A DNA stretch of 33,069 bases from Gemmatimonadales bacterium. Lineage in GTDB: Bacteria > Gemmatimonadota > Gemmatimonadetes > Gemmatimonadales > GWC2-71-9. Position numbers and translations under genes: made by a program. The notes below the pieces were generated by a model. It was not told where the DNA came from. It did no database searches and saw only the letters and a program-made list of their open reading frames with translations. Below, piece by piece: positions 18,701 through 27,055 of the stretch (positions within the stretch are counted from its first letter, which is position 1; every line of letters starts with the position of its first letter). The stretch is taken from assembly GCA_025929805.1 (NCBI GenBank), contig JAICPP010000003.1:1-33069 (forward strand), written 5' to 3'.

Positions 18701-19324
18701 GAGGTGCTCGGCTTCTTCATCTCGGGCCATCCCCTGGAGCGCTTCCGAGCGGAAGTCGAGCTCTTTGGCACCCGGACCACGGCAACACTGGGGGCATGGG
18801 GCGAGCAGCAGGTGAGCGTCGCCGCTGTCGTTACCGGGGTCAAACGTCAGATCTCCAAGAAGACTGGCAAGGAGTACGCCCGCCTCGTTCTGGAAGACTT
18901 CCACGGCACGGCGGAGGCCATCGTCTTTCCTGAGGCATGGGCCAAGCTCAACCAGATCATCCGGCCTGATTCGGCTCTACTGCTGACCGGCGGATACAGC
19001 GACCGCGATCGCGGCGACGATCAGGCGCCGTTCATCGTGGAGAATGCCGGGCCGCTCGAGGAGCTCAAATCATCCGGGGCCCTGGCGTTGAGCCTGCGCT
19101 GGAAAGCGCCGTCGGCGCCCGAGCCCGCCGCGCTCAAGGAGGTTGTGGCGTTGTGTTCGGCCCATCCCGGCCCGACGCCACTCTATATTGAGTGGAGCGA
19201 CGGCAACGGGGAGGCGGTTCGTCTCCGATCCCGGCGCGTCCGCGTCGCGGCGGAAGACGACCTCATTCGGGCCCTCAGGAATGTGCTGGGCGCCGAGTCC
19301 GTCCACTACGTCAAGGCGGGATGA
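15800..19324 (+). CDS. dnaE: DNA polymerase III alpha subunit
   Basis: PHP HLHTHSEYSLLDG, GRGSVAGS, ERVSMPDIDVDF, YGFNKSHS, clamp motif QGSLF and OB fold. Confidence 0.98.
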   Translation: MSFVHLHTHSEYSLLDGANRIPELVAHVKKLGMDGLAVTDHGNMHAAWDFYEEARRQQIRPILGFEAYLAFGSRSLREKPQWAPAPYSHLVLLARNQEGYKNLVRLTSIGFIEGFYRRPRIDKDVLAEHSGGLICLAACLSGEVALYLRLGKFEEARKSAEWFSRTFGSDGFWLEIQQHGIAEERQVTEGMLRLGHELGIGVVATNDAHYLRREDAEAHDVLLAIGTASDLDDPKRFRFLGQESYVKSEAEMRALFPANPETLSNTVRVADLCEFDFEKRYFLPVFPRPESFASDEELLSHLATSGAEQRYGSPLPAAVRERLMYELEVIERAGYAGYFLIVQDFIAAARERGIPVGPGRGSVAGSLVAYALGITNVCPLKFDLLFERFLNPERVSMPDIDVDFCFERRGEVIDYVRERYGRESVGQIVTFGTMKARAAVKDVARVLRIPPGEADRITKLIPSGPAYSLTIRDAEKKIDELRDLVKANPVYGRLVDLSSRIEGISRHMSVHAAGVVIAPGPLWEYVPVCTAPTKGAGAPTEGEESIITQYEMGALEKVGMLKMDMLGLKTLTVIHDAVNMIAVRHGSAPSMDDIALDDPAVYELLRQGRTAGVFQFESPLATDTLRAMKCDRFDDLVASNALLRPGPLDAGMHTVFIRRKLGQEKVTYPHPSLRDILEPTYGVITYQEQVMRIANVLAGFSLAEADVLRKAVGKKDAELIRKELGKFCERARALGHPGKLVDDLAAQIETFGRYGFNKSHSVAYSILSYQTAWLKAHRPAEFMAALLSSEIGNTDKVVQYINEARELGLEILPPDVNESGFKFTVIGEHRIRFGLGAIRNVGEGAIASIIAGRETAPYRTIAQLVEQIDLRLCNKRVLESLVAAGACDSLGGHRKQLIEALEPALAEAQLIQAEREAGQGSLFGDGGTSGSGGQSGTVPAAHSAPSASSALPDIPAWTEAERLAKEKEVLGFFISGHPLERFRAEVELFGTRTTATLGAWGEQQVSVAAVVTGVKRQISKKTGKEYARLVLEDFHGTAEAIVFPEAWAKLNQIIRPDSALLLTGGYSDRDRGDDQAPFIVENAGPLEELKSSGALALSLRWKAPSAPEPAALKEVVALCSAHPGPTPLYIEWSDGNGEAVRLRSRRVRVAAEDDLIRALRNVLGAESVHYVKAG
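18575..18649. repeat. In-frame nonamer periodic inverted repeat inside dnaE linker
   Basis: Left arm GGCGGGACG AGCGGAAGC GGCGGACAA AGCGGAACG; right arm CCGGCCGCT CATTCCGCT CCCTCCGCT TCTTCCGCC. Confidence 0.75.
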
Positions 19325-20292
19325 CCCCGATGGCTTCGGCCTACACCCTGGAGTTCGAGAAACCACTGCTGGAGCTGGAGCGACAGATCGATGATTTGAA
19401 ACGGATCGGGAGTGAACGCCAGATCGACATCGATGGTGAGCTGGAGGGACTCACCAACAAGCTGGAATCACTTCGAGCAGAGATCTACCGAAATCTGACC
19501 CCCTTCCAACGGGTCATGGTTGCCCGACATCCCCGCCGCCCGTACACGCTCGATTATCTGAGCACCATCTTCACCGATTTCATCGAACTGCACGGGGACC
19601 GGCTCTACATGGACGACCCCGCGATCGTGGGCGGTTGGGCCCGGCTGGGTGGGGTTTCGGTCATGGTCTTGGGGCATCAGAAAGGGAGGGACACCAAGGA
19701 GAATCTGAAGCGGAACTTCGGTATGCCGCACCCGGAGGGATACCGAAAGGCACTTCGCCTCATGAAGCTCGCGGCCAAGTTCGGTGCTCCGGTCATCACG
19801 CTGATCGATACGCCTGGCGCATACCCTGGTCTGGGTGCGGAAGAGCGGGGACAATCCGAGGCGTTGGCCAGGAACATCCTCGAAATGTCGTGTCTTCCTA
19901 CGTCCGTCATCGCTGTAGTCATCGGGGAGGGTGGTTCGGGTGGCGCACTCGCGCTGGGCGTGGCGGACCGGGTGTTGATGCTGGAGAACTCGGTCTACTC
20001 GGTGATCTCCCCCGAAGGCTGCGCGGCCATTCTCTGGAAAGACGCCACCCAACGGGAACGTGCCGCCGAGGCGCTCCGAATCACCGCCGAGGATCTCCTG
20101 CGATTCAAGGTCATCGACGAGATCATCAAGGAGCCCGTCGGAGGAGCCCACGTGGATCCCGACACTGCCGGAGAAGCCTTGCGGGAGGCGCTGATCCGCC
20201 ACCTCACCGAGCTGCGCAAGATCAAGCCCGAGAAACTGGTGCGACGCCGGGCCGAGAAATATGCCGCGATAGGCGCGTTCACCGAGGCATGA
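19321..20292 (+). CDS. accA: Acetyl-CoA carboxylase carboxyltransferase alpha
   Basis: LEFEKP, ARHPRRPYTLDY, RNFGMPHPEGYRKA, GEGGSGGAL and YSVISPEGC. ATGA overlap with dnaE (alternative ATG at 19330). Confidence 0.97.
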   Translation: MTPMASAYTLEFEKPLLELERQIDDLKRIGSERQIDIDGELEGLTNKLESLRAEIYRNLTPFQRVMVARHPRRPYTLDYLSTIFTDFIELHGDRLYMDDPAIVGGWARLGGVSVMVLGHQKGRDTKENLKRNFGMPHPEGYRKALRLMKLAAKFGAPVITLIDTPGAYPGLGAEERGQSEALARNILEMSCLPTSVIAVVIGEGGSGGALALGVADRVLMLENSVYSVISPEGCAAILWKDATQRERAAEALRITAEDLLRFKVIDEIIKEPVGGAHVDPDTAGEALREALIRHLTELRKIKPEKLVRRRAEKYAAIGAFTEA

Positions 20293-21212
20293 TGAGCCAA
20301 ACAGTCGAAGTCCGGTTCAAGGGAACCCGCAAGGCCTACTTCCTCTGGGAAGATGAGACCGACCCCATTCGGGTGAAGGATGCCGTAGTAGTAGAGGTCG
20401 AGCGTGGGCGTGACCTCGGGCGGGTGACGGCGGTGGGGGACGTTGCCTCGAAGAAGTGCGGCGGTTGCACCAGCTGCGCCGTTGGGGAGACCACCGAGGA
20501 GCCGGCCACGCTCAAGCCGGTTATCCGGCGTGCCACCGCCGAGGACCTCAAGGTTCATCAGGAGATCAGACTGTCGGAGGAAGAGGTGCGGCAAAAGGTG
20601 ATCCAGCGGGTGCGAGCGCACGAGCTGTTGATGAAGGTGAGCGACACCGAGTGGCAGTGGGACCGGAACAAGTTGACGATCTACTTTACCGCCGACAAAC
20701 GGGTCGATTTCCGTGCCCTGGTGAGGGACTTGGCGTCGCTCTTCCGCACCCGGATCGAGCTGCGGCAGATCGGGGTCCGCGACGAGGCTGCCCGCCTGTC
20801 CGGGGTAGGGCGCTGCGGCAGGGAGTACTGCTGCTCCACCTGGCTCAAGGAGCTTTCCCCGGTCAACCTCGGGCTGGCCAAGGACCAGCACCTCTCGCTG
20901 AACCCCTCCCAGATCTCCGGCGGCTGCGGCAGACTGCTCTGCTGCCTCAAATACGAGCACGATTTCTACGTCACCACCCGTAAGCGCTTTCCAAAGGAAG
21001 GAAAGACGCTCAAGACGGCGGCCGGCGCGGAGAAGGTGATTGCGGTCGATATTTTTCGGGAGCGGGTTTTCCTCCGCAGCGACGAGCACGGCTCCCGAAT
21101 CATTCCCCTCGCCCAACTGCGAGAAGAGATGGATCGCCTCGGCGAAGTGTTCCCCGTCAGTGAGTCACGCGCTCAGCGAGCCAGCACGAAGCACCCCGAG
21201 GCACCAAGCTGA
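20289..21212 (+). CDS. ricT: PSP1-domain protein (RicT/YaaT-like)
   Basis: KLTIYFTADKRVDFRALVRDLA, RIELRQIGVRDEA, GRCGREYCC and ISGGCGRLLCCLKYE. ATGA overlap with accA. Confidence 0.9.
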   Translation: MMSQTVEVRFKGTRKAYFLWEDETDPIRVKDAVVVEVERGRDLGRVTAVGDVASKKCGGCTSCAVGETTEEPATLKPVIRRATAEDLKVHQEIRLSEEEVRQKVIQRVRAHELLMKVSDTEWQWDRNKLTIYFTADKRVDFRALVRDLASLFRTRIELRQIGVRDEAARLSGVGRCGREYCCSTWLKELSPVNLGLAKDQHLSLNPSQISGGCGRLLCCLKYEHDFYVTTRKRFPKEGKTLKTAAGAEKVIAVDIFRERVFLRSDEHGSRIIPLAQLREEMDRLGEVFPVSESRAQRASTKHPEAPS

Positions 21213-21218
21213 AGCGGC

Positions 21219-21374
21219 CGCGGACAAACGCAGATGACGTAGATTCACTCATTTGATAGAGCACAACAGAGTGGTTGAAGGAGTACCCCGCCCGTCGTCT
21301 TCATCACCCTGCAAAGCAGTGTTCATCCGGGTTCGGGAACCCGCGAAGCGGGTGTGCTCCGTTGATCTGCGGTT
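21219..21374 (+). other. Candidate structured RNA/leader upstream of metG
   Basis: Nested complementary segments CGCAGAT/ATCTGCG, GAGCACA/TGTGCTC, TGAAGG/TCTTCA, CTGC/GCAG and CGGGTTC/GAACCCG. Confidence 0.4.
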
Positions 21375-21410
21375 AGACTACAGGGGATTCGTTATCTCAG
21401 GGAGAGCTGA

Positions 21411-22925
21411 TTGCCCAAGTTTTATCTGACAACCGCGATCGATTACTCCAACGGCGATCCGCACCTGGGACACGCCCTGGAAAAGGTCGGCGCCGATGCC
21501 ATTGCGCGGTATCGGCGGCTGCGGGGTGATCGGGTCCACTTCCTGATGGGAATGGACGAGCATAGCCAGTCGGTGCTCCAGGCAGCGGCCCGCGCTGGCA
21601 TGCAGCCCAACGAGTGGGTAGATCGGATGGCCGACCGGTTCCAGGAGTTCTGGCAACGCCTGGAGTGTACGAACGATGACTGGATCCGTACCACCGAGCC
21701 GCGCCATGCCGCCGCGGTTACCGAGCTGCTACGGCGGATTCAGCGGCTCCATCCCGACGACCTGTACGTCGCGGAATACGAGGGTCTTTACTGCACCGGC
21801 TGTGAGGAATTCAAGCAGGAAAGTCAGATCGTAAACGGGCACTGCATCGAGCACCCCACCCTGGAGCTCATTCCCACCCGCGAGCGCAACCACTTCTTCC
21901 GGCTCAGTGGTTATCGCGATCGCGTGCTCGAGCTGATTAGGGCGGGCCAGTTCAGGGTCGATCCCGCAATCCGCCGCAATGAGGTCTTGCGGCTGCTCGA
22001 GAGCGGGTTGCAGGACATTTCGGTCTCTCGACTCCGGCAGCCCTGGGGAATTCCCTTCCCCGGCGACCCTGAGCAGACGGTCTATGTCTGGTTCGATGCG
22101 TTGATCAATTACCTCTCGGCGACGGGGTTTCCCGGGTCGGGCTTTGAACGTCTCTGGCCCACTGACCTGCATGTGATCGGAAAGGGGATTACCCGTTTTC
22201 ACTGCGTGGTCTGGCCGGCCATGCTGCTCAGCGCCGGGCTCGAGCTACCGCGGCAGGTGTGGGCGCACGGCTACGTGCAATGGGAAGGCGCCAAGATGTC
22301 GAAGACCAGTGGCACCGCCGTGACTCTCGACGAGGCCATCGACCGTCACGGGCCCGATTCACTCAGGTATTTCCTGCTCCGCGAGGTTGGCTTCGAGGCC
22401 GATGGCAACTTTACCTGGGAACGATTCGACGAGCGCTACACATCGGATCTCGCCGACGGGCTGGGGAATCTGGTCTCCAGAACGCTGGCGATGCTCACCA
22501 AGTACCGGGATGGGATAGTGCCGCCCGCTTCCGCCATCACCGAGCTGGATCGTACGGGGCTGCAGGCGCTCGCCCAATACACTCGCGCAATGGACGCTCT
22601 CGACCTTCGCGCCGGGGCCGAAGCCGCATGGGAACTAGTGTCGTCCGCCAATCTCTACGTGCAACAGACTGCACCCTGGGCCCTGGCAAAAGCAGGTAGA
22701 TCCGACGAGCTGGATCAATCGCTGGCCGCCTTGGCCCGCGTGCTGGGGCGGCTGGCGATTTTAACCAGCCCATTCATTCCAGGGAAGGCTCAGGCCATCT
22801 GGCACATGCTGGGGATGGAGGGAACGGTGGCCGCGGTGCAGTGGGAGTCGGCGGAGCAAACTCCGGTAACAGGCCGGAGAGTTCGCCGGTCCGACGTCCT
22901 GTTTCCCAAGCCCGCGAGCGTGTAG
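21411..22925 (+). CDS. metG: Methionyl-tRNA synthetase (short form lacking C-terminal dimerisation domain)
   Basis: FYLTTAIDY..HLGH, GMDEH, zinc knuckle YCTGCE...C.EH, YVWFDAL.NY and KMSKT. TTG start after GGAG. Confidence 0.96.
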   Translation: MPKFYLTTAIDYSNGDPHLGHALEKVGADAIARYRRLRGDRVHFLMGMDEHSQSVLQAAARAGMQPNEWVDRMADRFQEFWQRLECTNDDWIRTTEPRHAAAVTELLRRIQRLHPDDLYVAEYEGLYCTGCEEFKQESQIVNGHCIEHPTLELIPTRERNHFFRLSGYRDRVLELIRAGQFRVDPAIRRNEVLRLLESGLQDISVSRLRQPWGIPFPGDPEQTVYVWFDALINYLSATGFPGSGFERLWPTDLHVIGKGITRFHCVVWPAMLLSAGLELPRQVWAHGYVQWEGAKMSKTSGTAVTLDEAIDRHGPDSLRYFLLREVGFEADGNFTWERFDERYTSDLADGLGNLVSRTLAMLTKYRDGIVPPASAITELDRTGLQALAQYTRAMDALDLRAGAEAAWELVSSANLYVQQTAPWALAKAGRSDELDQSLAALARVLGRLAILTSPFIPGKAQAIWHMLGMEGTVAAVQWESAEQTPVTGRRVRRSDVLFPKPASV

Positions 22926-23105
22926 AAGTTACCGGATATTCTTGCGAAACTATTTGACAGTGAAAGAGTTATCACTCAATTGACCTCTTGACAATCCTTA
23001 TCGCCGTGAGCCACCTTAGCTTTGAAGGGCGAGCAGACCGGCAGAGGCAGAACCGCCGATCAGCTGCCGGAGGTTTTGAGGAACGTCAGGTACGAGGTGC
23101 GTGTC

Positions 23106-24029
23106 ATGGCCAAACGCCGTTGGACTCTGGTTCTTGTCCCCCACGGGTCGGAGCCCTCGCGTATTGTCGAGGTCTCCTACGGCGTGCTGCGCCTCGCTGC
23201 CCTGGTGGTCGGGGGGATTGTGGTTTTAGCCCTCATGGCGGGTTATGCCACCATCTCTCATACGACTGACCTGTCGCGCGCCGCTCGCTTGCAGGAGGAG
23301 AATGCCTCACTGGCCCGGGAGATCGGCGATTTGCACGGACGGCTGGTCAGCCTGGCCGACACCCTCAGCACCATTTCCCAACGCGATGCCCGGATCCGGG
23401 TCCTAGCGAACCTCGAACCGATCGATCCCCAGGTCCAAGCGGCCGGCATCGGTGGCCCGGGCACGTCTGAGTTGAGCCTGACCGGCCTTACCGGATTGCC
23501 CCGGCGTACCGCTGAAGTGCGGGTCGACCTCAGCGCCTTGATTCGGCGAGCCAACCTGCTGGCCTCGTCGTTCAAGGAAGCCGCCGACAGTCTGGCGCTG
23601 CACAGCGCCAGGCTTGCCGCTACCCCGTCGATCATGCCGACTCAGGGCTGGCTCACCAGCGCGTTCTCGTCCATGCGCTCCCATCCGATTTTGCACATGG
23701 CGCGACCGCACGAAGGGATCGACGTTACCGCACCCATGGGCAGCCCGATTGAGGCGCCTGCCGCAGGGGTGGTCAGCGACGCCGGTTGGGAGAACGGTTA
23801 CGGCAATACCATCACGATCAATCACGGGTTCGGTATCGTGACCAAGTTCGCCCATGCCTCCAAGCTCCTGGTCAAGACCGGCCAGCGGGTCTCGCGGGGA
23901 CAGAAAATCGCCCTGGTGGGCAACTCCGGTCTCGCCACCGGACCACACCTGCATTACGAGGTGCACGTGAACGGCCGGCCGGTGAATCCGTTGAAGTACG
24001 TGTTGCCGGAGGGGGTTGTGACGGATTAG
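23106..24029 (+). CDS. M23 family metallo-endopeptidase with N-terminal TM and coiled coil
   Basis: HEGID (HxxxD), GYGN, and TGPHLHYEV (HxH). ATG at 23106 after GAGGTG. Confidence 0.93.
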   Translation: MAKRRWTLVLVPHGSEPSRIVEVSYGVLRLAALVVGGIVVLALMAGYATISHTTDLSRAARLQEENASLAREIGDLHGRLVSLADTLSTISQRDARIRVLANLEPIDPQVQAAGIGGPGTSELSLTGLTGLPRRTAEVRVDLSALIRRANLLASSFKEAADSLALHSARLAATPSIMPTQGWLTSAFSSMRSHPILHMARPHEGIDVTAPMGSPIEAPAAGVVSDAGWENGYGNTITINHGFGIVTKFAHASKLLVKTGQRVSRGQKIALVGNSGLATGPHLHYEVHVNGRPVNPLKYVLPEGVVTD

Positions 24030-24076
24030 GACGGGAAGGACGGAAGCAGAGAGGCTCCGAAGAGAATCCAGAACTA

Positions 24077-24110
24077 AAGCTCCGAGACCAACTGGTCACG
24101 GAGCTTTTTT
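24077..24110. terminator. Probable bidirectional intrinsic terminator between M23 peptidase and lemA
   Basis: AAAGCTCCG-A-GACCA-AC-TGGTC-A-CGGAGCTTTTTT. Confidence 0.8.
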
Positions 24111-24142
24111 CGTACCTCCTTCCCGTCTTTTCTCGTCTCTTC

Positions 24143-24712
24143 TCAAAACGTCACCTTGGGTGCCTCAGCGGCCCCGGGAGCTGCCTCGAAGTACTCACGG
24201 GGTTTCCCCATGCCAAAGACCTTGGCCGTCAGATTATAGGGGAATCGCCGGATATACGCGTTGTATTCGCCCACTGAGGTGTTGTAGTCCTGGCGCGCGA
24301 CGGAGATCCGGTTCTCAGTGCCCTCCAGTTGATCCTGCAGCTGGCGAAAGTTGGCGCTGGACTGGAGCTGGGGATAATTCTCGGCGATTGCCAGCAGGCG
24401 TCCCAGGCCCTGGGTCAGCTGCTGATTGGCAGCAGCCATTTCAGGTACGTTGCCGGACTGCACCGCGCCACCGAGCCGCGCCCTGGCGTTGGCGATCGAA
24501 ATGAAGACGGTGTCCTCCTGCTTGGTGACCCCCTTCACGGTATTCACAAGGTTGGGAATCAGGTCTGCCCGGCGTTGCAGCTGGGTCTGGATCTGGCCCT
24601 GGGCCTGATTCACCCGCTCGTCCATCGTCTGGATCGTGTTATAGCCGCAGCCGGCAAGGAGGACAGCAACCGCAAGGAGCGGCAGATGCTTGCTTGGGGG
24701 ACGCTTCATCAC
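24143..24712 (-). CDS. lemA: LemA family (lipo)protein
   Basis: LAGCGYNTIQ, QRRADLIPNLV, ENYPQLQS, LEGTENRISVAR and YN...RFP. Confidence 0.93.
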   Translation of the reverse strand: MMKRPPSKHLPLLAVAVLLAGCGYNTIQTMDERVNQAQGQIQTQLQRRADLIPNLVNTVKGVTKQEDTVFISIANARARLGGAVQSGNVPEMAAANQQLTQGLGRLLAIAENYPQLQSSANFRQLQDQLEGTENRISVARQDYNTSVGEYNAYIRRFPYNLTAKVFGMGKPREYFEAAPGAAEAPKVTF

Positions 24713-24723
24713 TGATCTCCGAG

Positions 24724-25428
24724 CTAGAGTTGATCCACGAACCGAGCCGTCTGCTCCACTGCGTTCATGTAGTTCTCGAATTCAGGCGCGGCACACCGCC
24801 ACTCGCGTTCAGAGCGATGGCGTACGACATGTAAGAGATATTCTGGCTCGAACCCGACGAGGGCCGCTGCGGCACCGGCAAGCTCGAGAGCGTCCGGCGG
24901 AACCGGTTTCCCGGCCACGGTGAGGACGCCCCGGAGCAACACCAGGATGGTGGCCGCGCTCTGCAGTCCCAGCGAACCGAGCGCCGCCGGATCTGGAGCA
25001 TACGTGGCATACCCCTGGCGCAAGCGAAGCAGCTTACCTCGAAACTCCCCCTCGAGAGCTTTTCGGAGATCATCCCGGTCCACCTGGACACCCTGCAACG
25101 GGTCCACGCCCCGCAGTACCTGGTAGGAGAGCCGCATATCGGTGATCTCCACCGGAAACGCGTCACTCGCGCGATTCCATTCAGAGTGGCTCAGCACCAG
25201 CGGCGGCTCGGGAGTTTTCTTGCGCCAGCCGGTAAAGGCGCGGCTGAGTGACCGGAGTACGGGTGGCGTCAGTTGCTCTACAACCAGCATCAGGTTGATA
25301 TCCGAGCGCCCGGGGATGAAATCGCCCCGAGCCGCCGAGCCGTAGAGCACGGCGCTGTACCCGTTGCCGAGCACCTGGTCGGCTTCGGCAAGGAAGGGAT
25401 CCACCACCCGGGATACCGTAGCCCGCAT
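24724..25428 (-). CDS. Nucleotidyltransferase-fold (Pol beta-like) hypothetical protein
   Basis: VLYGSAARGDF...SDINL motif followed by a helical C-terminal domain. ATG overlaps the TPM gene stop. Confidence 0.75.
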   Translation of the reverse strand: MRATVSRVVDPFLAEADQVLGNGYSAVLYGSAARGDFIPGRSDINLMLVVEQLTPPVLRSLSRAFTGWRKKTPEPPLVLSHSEWNRASDAFPVEITDMRLSYQVLRGVDPLQGVQVDRDDLRKALEGEFRGKLLRLRQGYATYAPDPAALGSLGLQSAATILVLLRGVLTVAGKPVPPDALELAGAAAALVGFEPEYLLHVVRHRSEREWRCAAPEFENYMNAVEQTARFVDQL

Positions 25429-26282
25429 CAGAACCTTCCCCCTGCACCACCACCGCTGAATCCTCCCCCGCCGCCGAACCCGCCGAATCCTCCACCACCG
25501 CCTCCGAATCCACCGCCACCTCCCCAGCCACCACCGATCCATGGCCCTCCCCAATATACCCGCCCTCTGCGGCGGCGACGGCCACCCATTGCGCCTGACA
25601 TCATGAGCATGAACAAGATGAGAAAGAGGAGGGGCAACAGGTTACCGACGGTGGAGCTGCCGCCTTCGGCATCTACCGGCGGCTGATACGCCGTGAGAGC
25701 GGAGTCCGTGACACCGTACCCCTTTGCAATGACACTGGACAGTGCCCGCACGCCGAGCAACAGCCCGTCTCCATATTGCCCTTCCGACAAGTGGGGCCGC
25801 ATCAGATCACGGATCTGACCCGCGGTTGCGTCGGTGACAATGCCTTCCAGGCCCTGTCCCACTTCAATCCGGATGTGCCCGGAGTTGGGATCCCCCTCTC
25901 GGCGTGGCACCAGCAGCAGCACCACTCCAGCATTGCGGCGGGGATCTCCGATTTCCGCCTGGGCCCCCACGCCCCATTTGCGTCCAATAGCCAACGCGAC
26001 CTGCGCGGCGTCGTACTCGCCGATGGTCGGCAGAATCACCACTGCGATCTCGGCACCGGTCACGCCCTGCAGCCGGCGGATGAGATCTTCCATGTTGCCG
26101 GCTGATGATGGGTCCAGCACTGAGGCGAGATCGTTGACGTAGCCAGTCGGCCGTGCGGGAATCAGGCTGTCGATCCCCGCACGCTGAGCCCACACGCTCG
26201 CAGGAACCACTGCCGGGGCAACCGCTCCGCTAAGTTGAAGCAGTGCCAGGAGAGCGGTAGCTTTGGCTCGTGTCTCCCTCAA
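25428..26282 (-). CDS. TPM domain protein (YgcG-like) with Gly-rich C-terminus
   Basis: GYVNDLA.VL, EIAVV, WGVG, RIEVGQGLEG and C-terminal GGGGFSGGGAGGRF. Start uncertain (TTG at 26282 or 26315). Confidence 0.88.
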   Translation of the reverse strand: MRETRAKATALLALLQLSGAVAPAVVPASVWAQRAGIDSLIPARPTGYVNDLASVLDPSSAGNMEDLIRRLQGVTGAEIAVVILPTIGEYDAAQVALAIGRKWGVGAQAEIGDPRRNAGVVLLLVPRREGDPNSGHIRIEVGQGLEGIVTDATAGQIRDLMRPHLSEGQYGDGLLLGVRALSSVIAKGYGVTDSALTAYQPPVDAEGGSSTVGNLLPLLFLILFMLMMSGAMGGRRRRRGRVYWGGPWIGGGWGGGGGFGGGGGGFGGFGGGGGFSGGGAGGRF

Positions 26283-26320
26283 TCGGTCTCCTGCTGCTGA
26301 CCCCTTCGTCAACATTCAAA

Positions 26321-27055
26321 GTGGTATGCGTTGTCGGACTGGTCGCGGCACTGGCCGGGTGCCGGAGCGAGCGCAGCGTGGCCGTGCGGGTCTCGATACC
26401 CAACGATGACGGGATGGAGACGCCGGCCTCTGGTGTGGGCGTCGTCGCGCTGCCGTACGACCGCGACAGTGTGCTGACCAGCCTCGAAGCCCGAGCTCCC
26501 ACTCCTCGCCCGCCGACTGGGCCCTTGGACAGCTTGTTCGCTCGGTTCCGCGGACCCTTTACGACCTACACCAAGCTCTCGTATGCGGCCTCCGGCCTGC
26601 GCGATTCGCTCAATGCACTCCGGCGAGCACTCGACACCGCGGCACCCGATTCTCCGGTGCGCGGGTCATTCGCCGCCGCCATGCAGCGGCTGAACGACTC
26701 ACTCCGCGCGACTGAGACCCGGCTAGAGAGCGCCCGGGTGCAGCTGGACCGCGCACGGAGCGCATTTGTGCAGCAGAGTGAAAGTCTGCGCGCCGCCATT
26801 CGGCAATGGGAAGATAGCACCTACCGAGGATACGACAGCATCGTCGAACAGCTTACCCGGGGCCGCGAGGCATCGACGGATACGACCGGGGAGGCGGGGT
26901 GGGCCCACTTCAAGGTGGGTCGTGGGGACTGGTGGCTCTATGCCCGGGCCTGGGACACCAGCGATCCCAATGCCGAGTGGTACTGGAACGTTCCCGTGAG
27001 TGACGACACCGTACTCTTGTCGAGCCGCACCGGCCGACGCCGGCCGAGGTACTGA
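26321..27055 (+). CDS. Hypothetical lipoprotein with central coiled coil
   Basis: Lipobox LAGC, heptad helical middle and Trp-rich beta C-terminus. Start uncertain. Confidence 0.7.
   Translation: MVCVVGLVAALAGCRSERSVAVRVSIPNDDGMETPASGVGVVALPYDRDSVLTSLEARAPTPRPPTGPLDSLFARFRGPFTTYTKLSYAASGLRDSLNALRRALDTAAPDSPVRGSFAAAMQRLNDSLRATETRLESARVQLDRARSAFVQQSESLRAAIRQWEDSTYRGYDSIVEQLTRGREASTDTTGEAGWAHFKVGRGDWWLYARAWDTSDPNAEWYWNVPVSDDTVLLSSRTGRRRPRY

Noticed and set aside
16247-18904. 885-aa antisense ORF opposite dnaE
   Set aside because: Shadow ORF from GC-rich codon bias. It has no recognisable motifs and fully overlaps a conserved gene.
15800-19324. Intein or frameshift in dnaE
   Set aside because: Length and motif spacing are normal. 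The only insertion is the short linker repeat.
21250-21410. Canonical SAM-I riboswitch or T-box before metG
   Set aside because: It lacks the AUC/GAU P1 and GCAACC/GGUGC core and the T-box GGTGGNACCGCG sequence. Kept only as a candidate novel structure.
25436-25535. CCN/GGN trinucleotide-like repeat
   Set aside because: It simply encodes the Gly-rich C-terminus typical of TPM proteins.
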